A program made the position numbers and the translations under genes. Below, one piece after another: positions 38,102 through 49,426 of a stretch of 64,000 nucleotides of DNA; within the stretch, counting starts at the first letter, position 1, and every line of letters starts with the position of its first letter. Source of the stretch: Tubiluchus corallicola (Eukaryota; Animalia; Priapulida); assembly GCA_030141605.1 (NCBI GenBank), contig JAQGDQ010000422.1, positions 137,862-201,861 of the forward strand, written 5' to 3'. The notes beneath the pieces were generated by a model that had not been told where the DNA came from, made no database searches, and saw only the letters and a list, made by a program, of their open reading frames with translations.

Positions 38102-38525
38102 TGTTTGGGATTGTTGTACATTGGGATTGTTTTGGGACTGCTGTACGTTGGGATTGTTTTGGGACAGCTGCTGTACATTGGGATTGTTTTGGGACTGCTG
38201 TACGTTGGGATTGTTTTGGGACAGCTGCTGTACATTGGGATTGTTTTGGGACTGCTGTACGTTGGGATTGTTTTGGGACAGCTGCTGTACATTGGGATTG
38301 TTTTGGGACTGCTGTACGTTGGGATTGTTTTGGGACAGCTGCTGTACATTGGGATTGTTTTGGGACTGCTGTACGTTGGGATTGTTTTGGGACAGCTGCT
38401 GTACATTGGGATTGTTTTGGGACTGCTGTACATTGGGGTTGTTTTGGGACTGCTGTACATTGGGATTGTTTTGGGACTGCTGTACATTGGGGTTGTTTTG
38501 GGATTCCTGTACATTGAGATTGTTT
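38102..38525. repeat. Minisatellite of 27/30-bp units forming a 57-bp higher-order repeat
   Basis: Alternating ctgtacgttgggattgttttgggacagctg (30) and ctgtacattgggattgttttgggactg (27), then plain 27-mers. Confidence 0.95.
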
Positions 38526-38688
38526 CTGCAATTCTATTAATTGCACAGGTGTCTCATTTTCGAATTAAGTATCAGTCACTGAACATCTTATAAGTTCGTA
38601 TGGGCTTGTGGGCTGATCTGCATTGAGAACAATTGTTTCTGTTATCGTATCTGTTTTATGGGTTTTTTATGTTTCAATTAAGTATCAG

Positions 38689-39043
38689 TAAGCCTTTTCA
38701 CAGTTCCAGCGATTGATCATGATCGTTAAAAGGTCAAAGACTAAGTGTACCAGACAACACATTTGTGTACAGTTGACAACGCCTCGCAACCCATGCTGTT
38801 GTAATAGTAACATGTTTTACAGCTAGCTAGAACACATTGCCTAGTTCTCTTTTTCTTGTTCCTAAGCAAGATTCTGCTAGTAAATCATTCTACACACAGA
38901 CTAATGCATTATTAAGTAAAGTCCACGTAGAGCAACTGAAGGTACTGAACTAATGCTTTGCGTTACACGACACGTCAACTGAACGCTTAACCTTTGATCT
39001 ACAGCAACTGCGCGTGCGCACAACGAAACTGTGAAAAGGCTTA
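38689..39043 (+). mobile_element. MITE (TIR taagccttttcacagtt), copy 1
   Basis: 17-bp perfect TIR including TA/TAA flanks; inverted homologue at 50929-51310. Confidence 0.85.
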
Positions 39044-40989
39044 TTAGTTGAATAACTCGACATTTTAATTAACTCTATTGGCTGATGTAGCATTGAATTA
39101 ACGATTTATGTAATTATATTCTCCAACTAACTTTGTGTTCAATTGTATACATCTATCCTTAATTAAAATGCACCTGTCCTCCACATGACAAAGTGAAAAT
39201 ACTGTGATCAGTTATACAGTACTGTAAATCCGTTTAAAATATATAAATTTATATGTATATAATGGAAAGTTTTCAATGGACACTGATGAGGGTGTCTACT
39301 GGCCTGAGTCGACTTTGGTCATCCCGCTTAGAGTCATGGATATAGCTGAGTAAGTTCCTTTTTGGTGAAACGCCAGACAGGAGGTAATCATTTTTTCGTG
39401 AAACTTATTAAAGCACACATTTATGCAGGTGCTGTAACGCAGCAAAGAGTATGATGCCATCTGTTGACAGGAAAAAGAAGCATTATGAAGAGATGCTCTT
39501 TAAATTGCCTGTCATTTTATTATACTGCGAAGCCCCTGTTCAGACGACAAACTTGTAATGTAATAGAAATTCCACAAACAAAATTAATTAAATATTAATC
39601 AAATTTTCCTTTATGATTCTGGAAAACGTATTAAATTTATCAAAGAAGAATGTGTGTTTTACCGTGTTATACAAACACGGATCTTGTTCTTAGTTTCTTA
39701 GGCTTTTCTTCTTTCTCCTTTTGTTCATCTTATCTGTTTCGTTTGAAGCTTGTCAATAATAAAGACAGCGGCTTAAATTACGTAAGTCTTCTCTCTCTTT
39801 GCAGTTAAACCGCCATAATTATAGCTCGTACTTTTAAGCGGTCGGATAAAATGTTATAGACTAGCTGCATCTAGCTACAATGTTAAGTTACATGTATACT
39901 GTAGCCACTGTCCCTTTAGTTTCAGTTAAATGGGAACAAATGGAATTTTAAACCTTTCAGAAAACTTTCATACATAATAATAATATAATAATAATCTTTT
40001 TATTTATCTTGTAACACACGCACAGTTATAATACAATTAATTTGGAAACAAAAATGTGAAGAAAGGGCAGCGAAAGACCAATTGGTCATCTAGTCAGCTG
40101 CCCTTTGGTTAGTGATGAACATTTTTATAGGCGCTATGCTATAGTGTGTTAGTGTTAGTACTGCTTATAATAAAAATTAATTGTTACGAATGACATTAAA
40201 TTGATATGCTTATAACGTGTTTGTACAATTCATACACAGTAATAATAAGTGCATAGTAAAAAAATCAAACTGAAAATAACTGAAATAAAAATCTGACAAC
40301 AGAAACATAATAACAATTGCAAATGAAATATACTTTATAACACAAGCATAATTCTTAGACATAAGCAAGCGAATGTATAATAGAGTCATAATATATCATA
40401 ATAATGTAAAAAAATACAGAGCGATTTTTGATGATCTGAGGTAAAATAAATAGGCAGGTGGTTAAAGCACAAAAAATTACCTGTATGACTGCATGAGGAG
40501 ATTGACAATTGGAGTCCAGACTTTGAAAATGATCTACAGAAGTTAAACAATAAACAATTAAATATTGAAGTTAATTGAACCTGCCATAACAGTAATTGCT
40601 CTTGCGCGCAGTTCGACAATTTATTATAGTGGGCAAATTAATAAAAGTTGTTGCAAAATACTGTACGCTTATATGTAGTTAATCTTAGTAATAAGTTTGC
40701 AAGAGTTGACATTTATATAATTTACTGAAGTGACAGTGTTATATTCCTTTGCATTACGCCTACCAGCTTGAAAGACATACGTTATTGAAAAAGATCTTTA
40801 ATTATAAATGCTCACGCCAGCTGATAAAACGTCACACTTTGCTATTCCGGCTTCCACAAAAAAAAGCATAACTGGTTCACAAAAACACGTGTTATTAATC
40901 TTATTGACAATATAATAGTAATTCGAACTTTCGTTTAGTTAGTAAAGTGTCCATTACCTATTCTCTGATTAGTTTTTCGAACTTTTTGC

Positions 40990-41150
40990 AAAGTTATCTA
41001 AATTAGTTTCAATCGACTTGCCGTCAAAATGGCTACGAATATATAACTGTCATCGAGGGAGTTTAGATTTTCGTGTTTTCTATAGCGTTGTGCACTGCTA
41101 ATACAAACTCTGTATGTAATAAGACAGCATTTAGGTGATACACGACTTCA
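40990..41150 (-). mobile_element. Family B fragment
   Basis: ccgtcaaaatggct..tcatcgagggagtttagatttt reverse-complement core. Confidence 0.5.
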
Positions 41151-41298
41151 AGATGTGTATCAACCTTTATTGTTTTAGCGATATTAGTCTGATCTGATCT
41201 GATCTGGATGTATGCTACAGCGTTCCTTTAAAGCATAACATATGTATGGTTTAACACTTCTGTCTATTCTGCAAGATGAACCAGAAATGAAAAGACAG

Positions 41299-41817
41299 TT
41301 AAAGCAAAACCGGACCCAATGTTAAATTGTAGATCAAAACAACCTGTTCTTCAAAATATTGAAAGAAAGCATGCTATTTTTTCAAAAATGACTTACGTGA
41401 AACAATTATTACCACACAAACGAAATTTTGCGTTCGCGCCACTAGTTCTTCCCTGTTACATGCACTTCGTCATTCGCTAGTTAGACGGGCGCCTGCATTT
41501 CGGAAAGCGTTGCACAAAAACAGGTGTTGTACCTCTCAGTTCAGAAGTGTTAGTTTGTGACGAATTGCACACGTTTGACAGCTCATGCGTGAGCAAAGCG
41601 GTAAATTTCAAATTTGAATTTTATCTTAAAACTTGTGCAACACGTGCAACGCTGTTTTTTCTGGTGAAAATTGTGTTAGTTTGTGATTATGAAGCCGTTA
41701 ATTAAGATTTTAATTTATTATTTAATTATCAGAAACGCTTTTGCAGTATTATTGATGTTACTTTTACCTTACTTTAAAATGGGGTAGTTCATGGAAAATC
41801 ATCCTGTCTTCCTTTAA
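41299..41817 (-). mobile_element. TTAA-flanked non-autonomous DNA transposon (Kolobok-like), copy 2
   Basis: Reverse complement of 35448-36059 with the same end points. Confidence 0.75.
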
Positions 41818-42099
41818 GAATGCATCTGCACCACACACACTGTATGTTCTGAAAATGCCTAATTTTTGGCACCTGAACATTTATTTACCAATTTTTTTAT
41901 GTCCGCAAGATATTATTTATCAGCTATTTTGCCTAAGTATTTTGTTTCGTTCTTTGTTTGTACACTGCAAACCGAAATCTAGCATTCAACATTGATGTTT
42001 GTGGCAAGACCAGTATCGAGCGCTTTATCAAAGCTATAGCTCAAGTTGAACCACTAAACTGGCTTAAGTACCATAGCCATGTTTGAATGTATATACAAT

Positions 42100-42515
42100 C
42101 CCCATGTATGGAGCAGGCACTGAGAGTCAGTTTCATAAATGAAACTTGCTAGAGGGAGTATTGACCCTGCTGGTAACGAGCCATTCACTGACGAACCCAG
42201 GGTGCTTTAACTTCGGTTTGTAAACAACGTGCACGTGACCACTTATCCACTCGGCTATTTATCCCTTCTAGAAAAGGCACTCGTTTCTTTGTTTGTTTGT
42301 TTGTCTGTCCTGTTGTCTGTCTGTTTGTTAATCTTCCTGTACAAGGCAGACAAGCAGAATCTGTATAGCAAATGAAACGAACCAAAGAGAGTATTGAACC
42401 CAGGCGGTAACAACCCATTCAGTGACGCTCCTAGGATGGCTTAACTTCGACTTGCAAAGTACATGCCTGTGACCACGTAACCATTCGGCTATTCATCCCA
42501 TCTAGAATAGGCATC
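42100..42515 (-). mobile_element. Two tandem copies of a SINE with tRNA A/B boxes bracketing a 5S-like segment
   Basis: Minus strand tagccgartgg ... cgaagttaagc ... tgaatggg..accgcctgggttcaatact. A (caaa/caga)n tail at about 42283-42328 separates the copies. Confidence 0.55.
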
Positions 42516-43469
42516 CTTTTACTAGCTATGTATCGCTTATGACTTGTTCGTTTTGTATTTAGCTATACCGAGTAACTCTTCAACTATTTTGAATGTTCTT
42601 TGTTCAACGCTCTTGAGTTTTTAGTAATTTTGCACAGTAATTATTTTAAACCAAGCGAATGGCTTCTATTTAATTAAGACTCTTGCAGCTAGTGTTAGCT
42701 GTAATTAAACGCTGGCTGCACGAATATCGTCTCCTGTGACTTAATTTTCTCAGCGGCTGTAGCTAAGCACCAGCTCCCGTTTCAGTTTTTGTGTTTAAAG
42801 CTCGGTGTTTGTTCAGTTTTGTACTACAACATCAATAACCACCATGAGCGACGGTAAAGAATGAACCTAATCATTACGTGAACGAAATTGCTTGTAATAT
42901 TGGCAACTTCTGTGGGTGTAACACAACTTGTTTAAACACAGCCAGCCAAGGAACTCATAAAGACCTGCCGTAATTCTAATTAGTTTCACATTTTGAGTTG
43001 CTTTGTTTCTTACCTAGGATCGAGTTCACGTTTCTGTTCTTTTCTTGAAAATTTATTGCAGTAAAATTAGCAGCATTACTGTTAGACCAGACACGTTCTC
43101 GTTCTCCAGAAATAAGAGGTATAAGTTTCGCAAAAAATGGAGGTTTTTCGCCCTCCTCCCGCTCCTCCCGGTGGGTCCGATTCGAAAAATAAATTGTCAG
43201 TGAGACGACACTAGATCGAAACCTTTCGTTTGATACACAGATCGCCGAAAATGGTGCCGTCGTTGGAGCTGTAGCCTCGAATATTATATATATATTCTTC
43301 GGTTTGTTTACCGATATACATGATATACATATAATGATATAATATAATATATTATATACATAAGTATAGTATATATAATATGTATGTGTGTGTGTGTATA
43401 TATATAGTATGTATGTATATATAGTATATGCCACCGAATCAGCAACGTTAATGTTAGACAAGATTCAAA

Positions 43470-43940
43470 CACAAGAAAGCACTTTCCATGAATAAAGTTT
43501 AAAAAATTCGTGTTGAATTTTTATGTCACTTGCTACCTTGTTGCACACAGAGACTGCGTTTTTGGTAAGTGTGCGTAAAACTTGAAAATGTAAACTCCTA
43601 GCAATGATCGTTAGGCGCAACCATTTTAGACGGTAAGTCTAATGAAACAAGTTTAAATAGCCTTGTGTAAAATTTGAAACAACTTTACTAACTAAGCAAA
43701 AGTTTAAATTACTTTCTATTGCCAGTAAGATCAATAACGCGTTTTTTGTTAAGCCAGCATTGCGTATTGGGATTGTGATATATAGTGACGTTTTACCAGT
43801 TGGTGCGAACATGTTAAATTATTAAGAATTTTTTTCTAGTTACATTTAGTCTTTGAAGCATGTAAGCGAAATGCCAAGTAATGTAACTTTTTATGGATAA
43901 TTCTTTGGGATATACTTTGAAACCACTTCTTCCCTTTTAA
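43470..43940 (+). mobile_element. Family B copy
   Basis: aaactcctagcaatgatcgttaggcgcaaccattttagacggtaag..tgaaacaagttt; ends cccttttaa. Confidence 0.6.
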
Positions 43941-44559
43941 GCATTGAAACTGTAATTAGCTAATACTTTAGCGTAGCATTTTAAAGGGAAGTTTCAAGAT
44001 GCCAGTGTAGAATTGGAGGAACACTTACCAAACTGCAATATAAGGGAAAAAACATAAATTATTGAAAAGTGCCACTCTCTGTTGGTACATTGTTTTTGTA
44101 GTTCTTTATTGTAGAATATCGCAAAAAAGTTTTAGGGAGTGAGCGAGCGTTGTATTTGTTGTTGTTGTACTCGTTTGCTAAGTAACTTTGTAAAGAGGCC
44201 TATTTCGCCGTGATGCTCTTCTCCGTCTCATTTTCCATGCAATACGTTTTGAAACAGCTTCTTATTGTGACGTCACAATGGAATTCCATGTTTTAAATTT
44301 TTGTGAAAAACGTATTCCGTAGTCAAGGCAAATGGAATTCTAAGTGAACACACCAAGGCAGTTGGACGGAATGAACACAATGAGCAATTAACCTATTACT
44401 TCGCATTCCGGACTAGCATGTATGTTTCTCAGTCAAATATGGTTAACTTCTCTTGAAAAATGTCTGGTAGCTACTGTCATGGAGATGCATGTTTGATGAT
44501 CCTTGTAGTTATTTAGAACTACTGTTCTGGTTTGCTCGAAGCAGTGAAACAAGACTAGA

Positions 44560-44800
44560 CGGTACAGTGTAATAGGTAACGCGCCTGCGTCTGAGAGATA
44601 ACTGTGAGTTCGATACCACGGTCGGCTCATACTAAAGACTCTAAAAACGGTGCTTACTGTTGCCTGTCTGGCGTGTTGTATTTCGAGTAAAAGAGCAATA
44701 ATAATCTCTGTTATATCAGTGTAGTTTGTTGTTTACCGTCAGCGGTAAAAACTTCTTGGCTCGTGTTGTATGGTGAGTTTAAAGCCGTCGGGAGCTATTG
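44560..44800 (+). mobile_element. tRNA-headed SINE remnant with conserved central domain (MetaSINE-like)
   Basis: A-box-like tacagtgtaataggtaacgcgcctgc and B-box gagttcgatacc, then ggtcggctcatactaaagactctaaaaacggtgcttactgttgcc, recognised from memory as a widespread metazoan SINE core. Confidence 0.55.
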
Positions 44801-45372
44801 ATCCATTTTCACTAGATCAGGTGTTTACTGTGATACAGTTTTTCCCCAGGACTTCTTATTTGTGAAACTCTTTACCAGAAAGTTGCTTTCTTATGAACTA
44901 CAACCTTGCTTATTCCAAGAAGACAGTAAACACCTCCTGTAGCGATAGATTTAGATACAAAAACATATTCTTTCATGTTGGCTTTCAATTTGCGTCTAGC
45001 ACCCTTCAGGTTTACTGTTGCCTGTCTGGCGTGTTGTATTTCGAGTAAAAGAGCAATAATAATCTCTGTTATATCAGTGTAGTTTGTTGTTTACCGTCAG
45101 CGGTAAAAACTTCTTGGCTCGTGTTGTATGGTGAGTTTAAAGCCGTCGGGAGCTATTGATCCATTTTCACTAGATCAGGTGTTTACTGTGATACAGTTTT
45201 TCCCCAGGACTTCTTATTTGTGAAACTCTTTACCAGAAAGTTGCTTTCTTATGAACTACAACCTTGCTTATTCCAAGAAGACAGTAAACACCTCCTGTAG
45301 CGATAGATTTAGATACAAAAACATATTCTTTCATGTTGGCTTTCAATTTGCGTCTAGCACCCTTCAGGTTTA
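44654..45372. repeat. Apparently perfect 358-bp tandem duplication
   Basis: 44654-45011 is repeated at 45012-45369, with tta microhomology at the junction. Confidence 0.95.
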
Positions 45373-45682
45373 GTGTCAAGCTTTAATGGAATTGCCTCTT
45401 CTGTAGATGTACATTTAAAGGAAACAGGAAGGATCCTGTGTCCTCTGCCTGCATTCAGGAAGCTGAATTCGTAATTGCGTGCAAATGCAAGTAAAGCTGA
45501 TGAAAGGCGCTGGGAGATCGTACAATTTTCATCAACAGAATGCTTGTATTATTAATATTGCAGAACTTCGTTGCGGAATTCAAATTGCTAATCCTCAACG
45601 ACCTCGCGATGCCAAGGTGTGGTATCTTTGTTTGTTTTGTATTGCAAAATGCAGATCCATGAGCTTGCACGATTTTAAAAAT

Positions 45683-46065
45683 AATTGATTTTTTTGTATT
45701 TATATTCATATTCATTCATATTTATTAGTGCCAAACTCATACAGTACAAAAAACAAGACACATCCAATTTCAACTTGAAATATAATGACACTACAGGCAA
45801 ACAAAAATTGATTTTTTTATATTTATATTCATATTCATATTCATTTATATTTATTAGTGCCAAACTCATACAGTACAAAAAACAAGACATACATCCAATT
45901 TCAATTTGAAATATAATGACACTACAGGCAAACAAAAATTGATTTTTTTATATTTATATTCATATTCATATTCAGTCATATTTATTAGTGCCAAACTCAT
46001 ACAGTACAAAAACACAAGAGATACATCCAATTTCAATTTTGAAATATTGTGACACCACAGACAAA
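45683..46065. repeat. Three tandem ~130-bp units
   Basis: tttattagtgccaaactcatacagtacaaaaa recurs at 45721, 45850 and 45981. Confidence 0.9.
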
Positions 46066-47489
46066 TTTTGCTGACACAAATATTATAAAATCGCTCCTGT
46101 TAGTCATTTTAGTTATTTAAACGAATCTTTTTATAACAGCACTAAGTTTTTTGTAAACAGTGCAAGGCTTATATTGCTCGGTACAAATGTATTTTGCCAG
46201 TAATAAAAATGTAGGCGATACTGAGTAATTACTTCGTAATGAATGATTAAAAAACGATGCTTGAATAAGACTCTGTAGATAACAACGTGTTTTTACAGAG
46301 CTGAACTTCTTCAACACAAAGTAAAATACTTTTATCCTTGTGAAAAGCGATAACTGCTTGAGAAAATTTTGTATAAGAATAAAAATAGCTTAAGCATCCC
46401 GTTTTTTTTGCATACACTGTTTTAAGTCCGTTGTTAATTTTTCTGTAGTAATACAATTACTAACCCTACAGGCAGTGAAAACTGGTGATCGTGCCCTATT
46501 TATTACGCGCTGTATGAAATCTACCTGTTACTGTGACTTTATAAAGGTAAGAATCTGCGATCAAAGAACAAAGTGCGTAGATTCTGTTCAAGCAATTAAT
46601 GCCTTAAGGAAATATGTGTGTACTAGACAGTCGTAAATTAGCTTCCTTTGTTACACACACGATACGTATTGATCATTCATTAACTGTAATTTCTAGTACC
46701 AAGAATCTTGGGGATAATGGCATTTAGTAGTCCAACCTAACAAACGGCGATAATTTCCAGAGTTGGGAAGTTTAAAAAGATATTGATGTTTGATAGTCCA
46801 AAGCCGCGTTCACAATAGCCAGGAAAAAATATATATCATCTTTATTCGCACATGAATGAAAAAGACCAGAAAAATTATTTACAATAAAAATATGTACGGA
46901 TAATGGAAAAATAAAAAAAACGTCTAGAGAGGACTTATAAAATCACATACTAATTAACACATATTTCTTTAATTATTTTTTATTTATTTATTAAATATAT
47001 CCACAACGATCATTACAGCATTGCACATAAAATAATGCCATCGATATCCATGTGACCTATGCACATCACAGTGTAGGATATTTTCAAGCAAACAACTCAT
47101 TTATCTTAAGAGACTGTCTTTACTTTTAACATCGACAGGAATGTTATTATACTATTTATTTTAAATATCAGTACGTAGAGGCGTCAAATTGTGCGTCAAA
47201 AATATTACTTCTGAGCATAATGTTTCTGCCCATTTTGAACTTTTCAGATCCAGATTTGATATCAACGGTCACATAGCCAGAAGTACTACAAAGGGTACTG
47301 AACTTCAATTATTGACTCACATATGTAATGTCAAAAGGATCTGAATTTGTTTTGTATAAAAGCAAAACACACACCCATCTCTACTACAGCAGCGTCTACA
47401 GCACAGCCCTAGTCAAAAATTCCCATTGCATGAAATATTCGGACAGTTTTTAAATGAATGAGAGGTCCAATAAGTCCTACATATCTATA

Positions 47490-47652
47490 TGCAGTGTAAA
47501 TGGGGGTACAAGTGGACACAAAACATTAAAGTGTTACATATTTACATGTAGCGTAAACGGGTGTACAAATGGACAAAATCATTAAAGTCTTACGTATCTA
47601 CATGTAGTGTAAACGTGTACATGCGGGTGCAAGTGGATAAAATCGTTAAAGT
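47490..47652. repeat. Degenerate ~57-bp tandem repeat
   Basis: tag.gtaaa..gg.gtacaa.tgga.a.aa.cattaaagt repeated three times. Confidence 0.7.
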
Positions 47653-48156
47653 GGCGAAATTGATTAGGAAGACCAGTTCGCGTCGCGTCCACTTCTAGCA
47701 AATGGAGCAGAGTTTTGGTCGGCTGCTTTCGATGCAGGGCATATTTCAACAGCTAGCAAGCTGCGTCGGTGAAATTGAAAACTCGGCAATGATTGATACT
47801 TTACACTCGGCTAAGTTGAGCTCATTCCTCTCTACTTGAAGTTAACGTCAGCCTTTATATGTCATAGTCCTTGCAGCCAGTCATTTGCACCGCGTGCGTT
47901 GAGACATGGAGTTACCGCTGTTGTTACCGTTGACGTAGTTTGAATGAATGAAAACATGTTTTCAGGTGGTTCAGTAATACTAATTGCAGGTTGCATATTG
48001 CATACAACAGTGGTATCAGAAAACTGTTTCGTTTAAAGTATGATTAGTGTGCGTCTGGTATGTATGTAAACCCATCACTACCCCATTTTAGTCAAATTCG
48101 CAGAAGATCGTGTTATATCGTTCGAAATAGAATACTACTGTACACTGACAATAGCA

Positions 48157-48398
48157 TTGTTGTTGTTGGCATCCTTCTGTCTCGGAAGACAATGGAGTGT
48201 GCGCCAAGAGACTCAGTTATTGATCACATTGATGGAGCTGCAGCGTCGACTGTGGCTGAACAATCCGATCCTCGAACCACTGCCTCTCCAGCGCTCACGC
48301 CTGGGCATGGTGTATGGAGATCCTGAGTTGCCCAGACAACAGGAACCCCCTCTCTTCCTCCCTGGTGTAGTCCAAAGGAAAGCCGAGCGATACGTTAG
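48157..48398 (-). mobile_element. 5'-truncated copy of the same SINE
   Basis: Clearly homologous to 30915-31150, same (CAA)n tail. Flanked by caatagYatt at 48149-48158 and 48399-48408. Confidence 0.88.
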
Positions 48399-48927
48399 CA
48401 ATAGTATTACAATTGCTATTATTAACTCATATAGACTTGTCAGCTCTTGCTTTTTTGCGAAAAAGAATGAAATGTTACATAATTAGTTTATAAAGTTTAT
48501 TTCGTTCTTCATTTTCTGACCCTGTATTTACATTTAATAATCTTGTGTTTTTCTATTTCATTGTATACTATTTCATTTTAGTACTACATTTGTGTTTTAT
48601 ACTAGCTTTGTTACCGGAATAAAAATGTAAATTGAATTGAATAACTGTATATACTTATTACTGGAATCGGCACTTAGTCCCATGTGTAATTTCTGTTGCC
48701 CGCATTTTATCCGCAACAATATCATAACTCAATTATTTTATTACACCAGCAGGATGTCATAATGGTCTTTTTACTTCGTATACCACTGTACGTATATTTG
48801 TTTGAAATGAACGGCATATTTACTGCTTTTCCTTTACTGTCACATGCCCCCCCCCCATAAAAACATCAGTGGCTGTGTTACCCGCTGTCGGTTAAGCCAA
48901 GCAAGAATATCGTTATTTTCTCAGGCT

Positions 48928-49235
48928 TTTTGAATGGTGGGTAAATAATTCTTGTTGCTGTTTATCGAACTAGTTGAAAAATCGCATGTTGGTAATGATG
49001 ATACTTTTCTTTGGTTTACATTGTTGTATTCTTTGCCTTTTTGAATTGTGGGTAAAATAATGCTTGTTGCAGTTTATCTAACCAGTTGAAAAATCGCATA
49101 TTGCTAATGATGATACTTTCCTGTGGCTTACATTGTTATATTCTCTATCATTTTGAATTGTGGGTAAATAATGCTTGTTGCTGTTTATCGAACCAGTTGA
49201 AAGTCGCATATTGCCAATGAGGATACTTTTCTGTT
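48928..49235. repeat. ~112-bp tandem repeat, about 2.7 copies
   Basis: ttttgaat.gtgggtaaa..cttgttgc.gtttatc.aac.agttgaaa..tcgcat recurs three times just upstream of VAT1 exon 4. Confidence 0.85.
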
Positions 49236-49336
49236 GCTTAGTAGGTCGCAATTCACTTTGCTTGAGAAGTGCAAGTACATTTTTTAGTTTGCTGAACTTT
49301 TTTATTGTGAAATTGATCAGGAATTACCTTTTTCAG

Positions 49337-49426
49337 GCGTTGATATTGTTTTGGATCCATTGTCTGGCACAGATGCAGCCAAAGGGTTCAACCTTCTTAA
49401 ACCCATGGGAAAAATTGTGCATTTTG
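49337..49426 (+). CDS. VAT1: VAT1 exon 4 (GVDIVLDPLSGTDAAKGFNLLKPMGKIVHF)
   Basis: tttttcag acceptor, gtgagt donor, 90 nt, phase 1-1. Continues SPK|GVDIV directly. Confidence 0.94.

Noticed and set aside
38102-38525. CRISPR-like regular array
   Set aside because: No unique spacers, eukaryotic context and no cas genes; it is a plain tandem repeat.
38005-38593. Five overlapping 139-182 aa ORFs (SPKTIPMY, GLFWDCCTL and similar repeats)
   Set aside because: By-product of a minisatellite with unit lengths divisible by 3; no unique flanking coding sequence or splice context.
39280-39325. ctgatgag as a third hammerhead
   Set aside because: No downstream GAAA box or stem II pairing.
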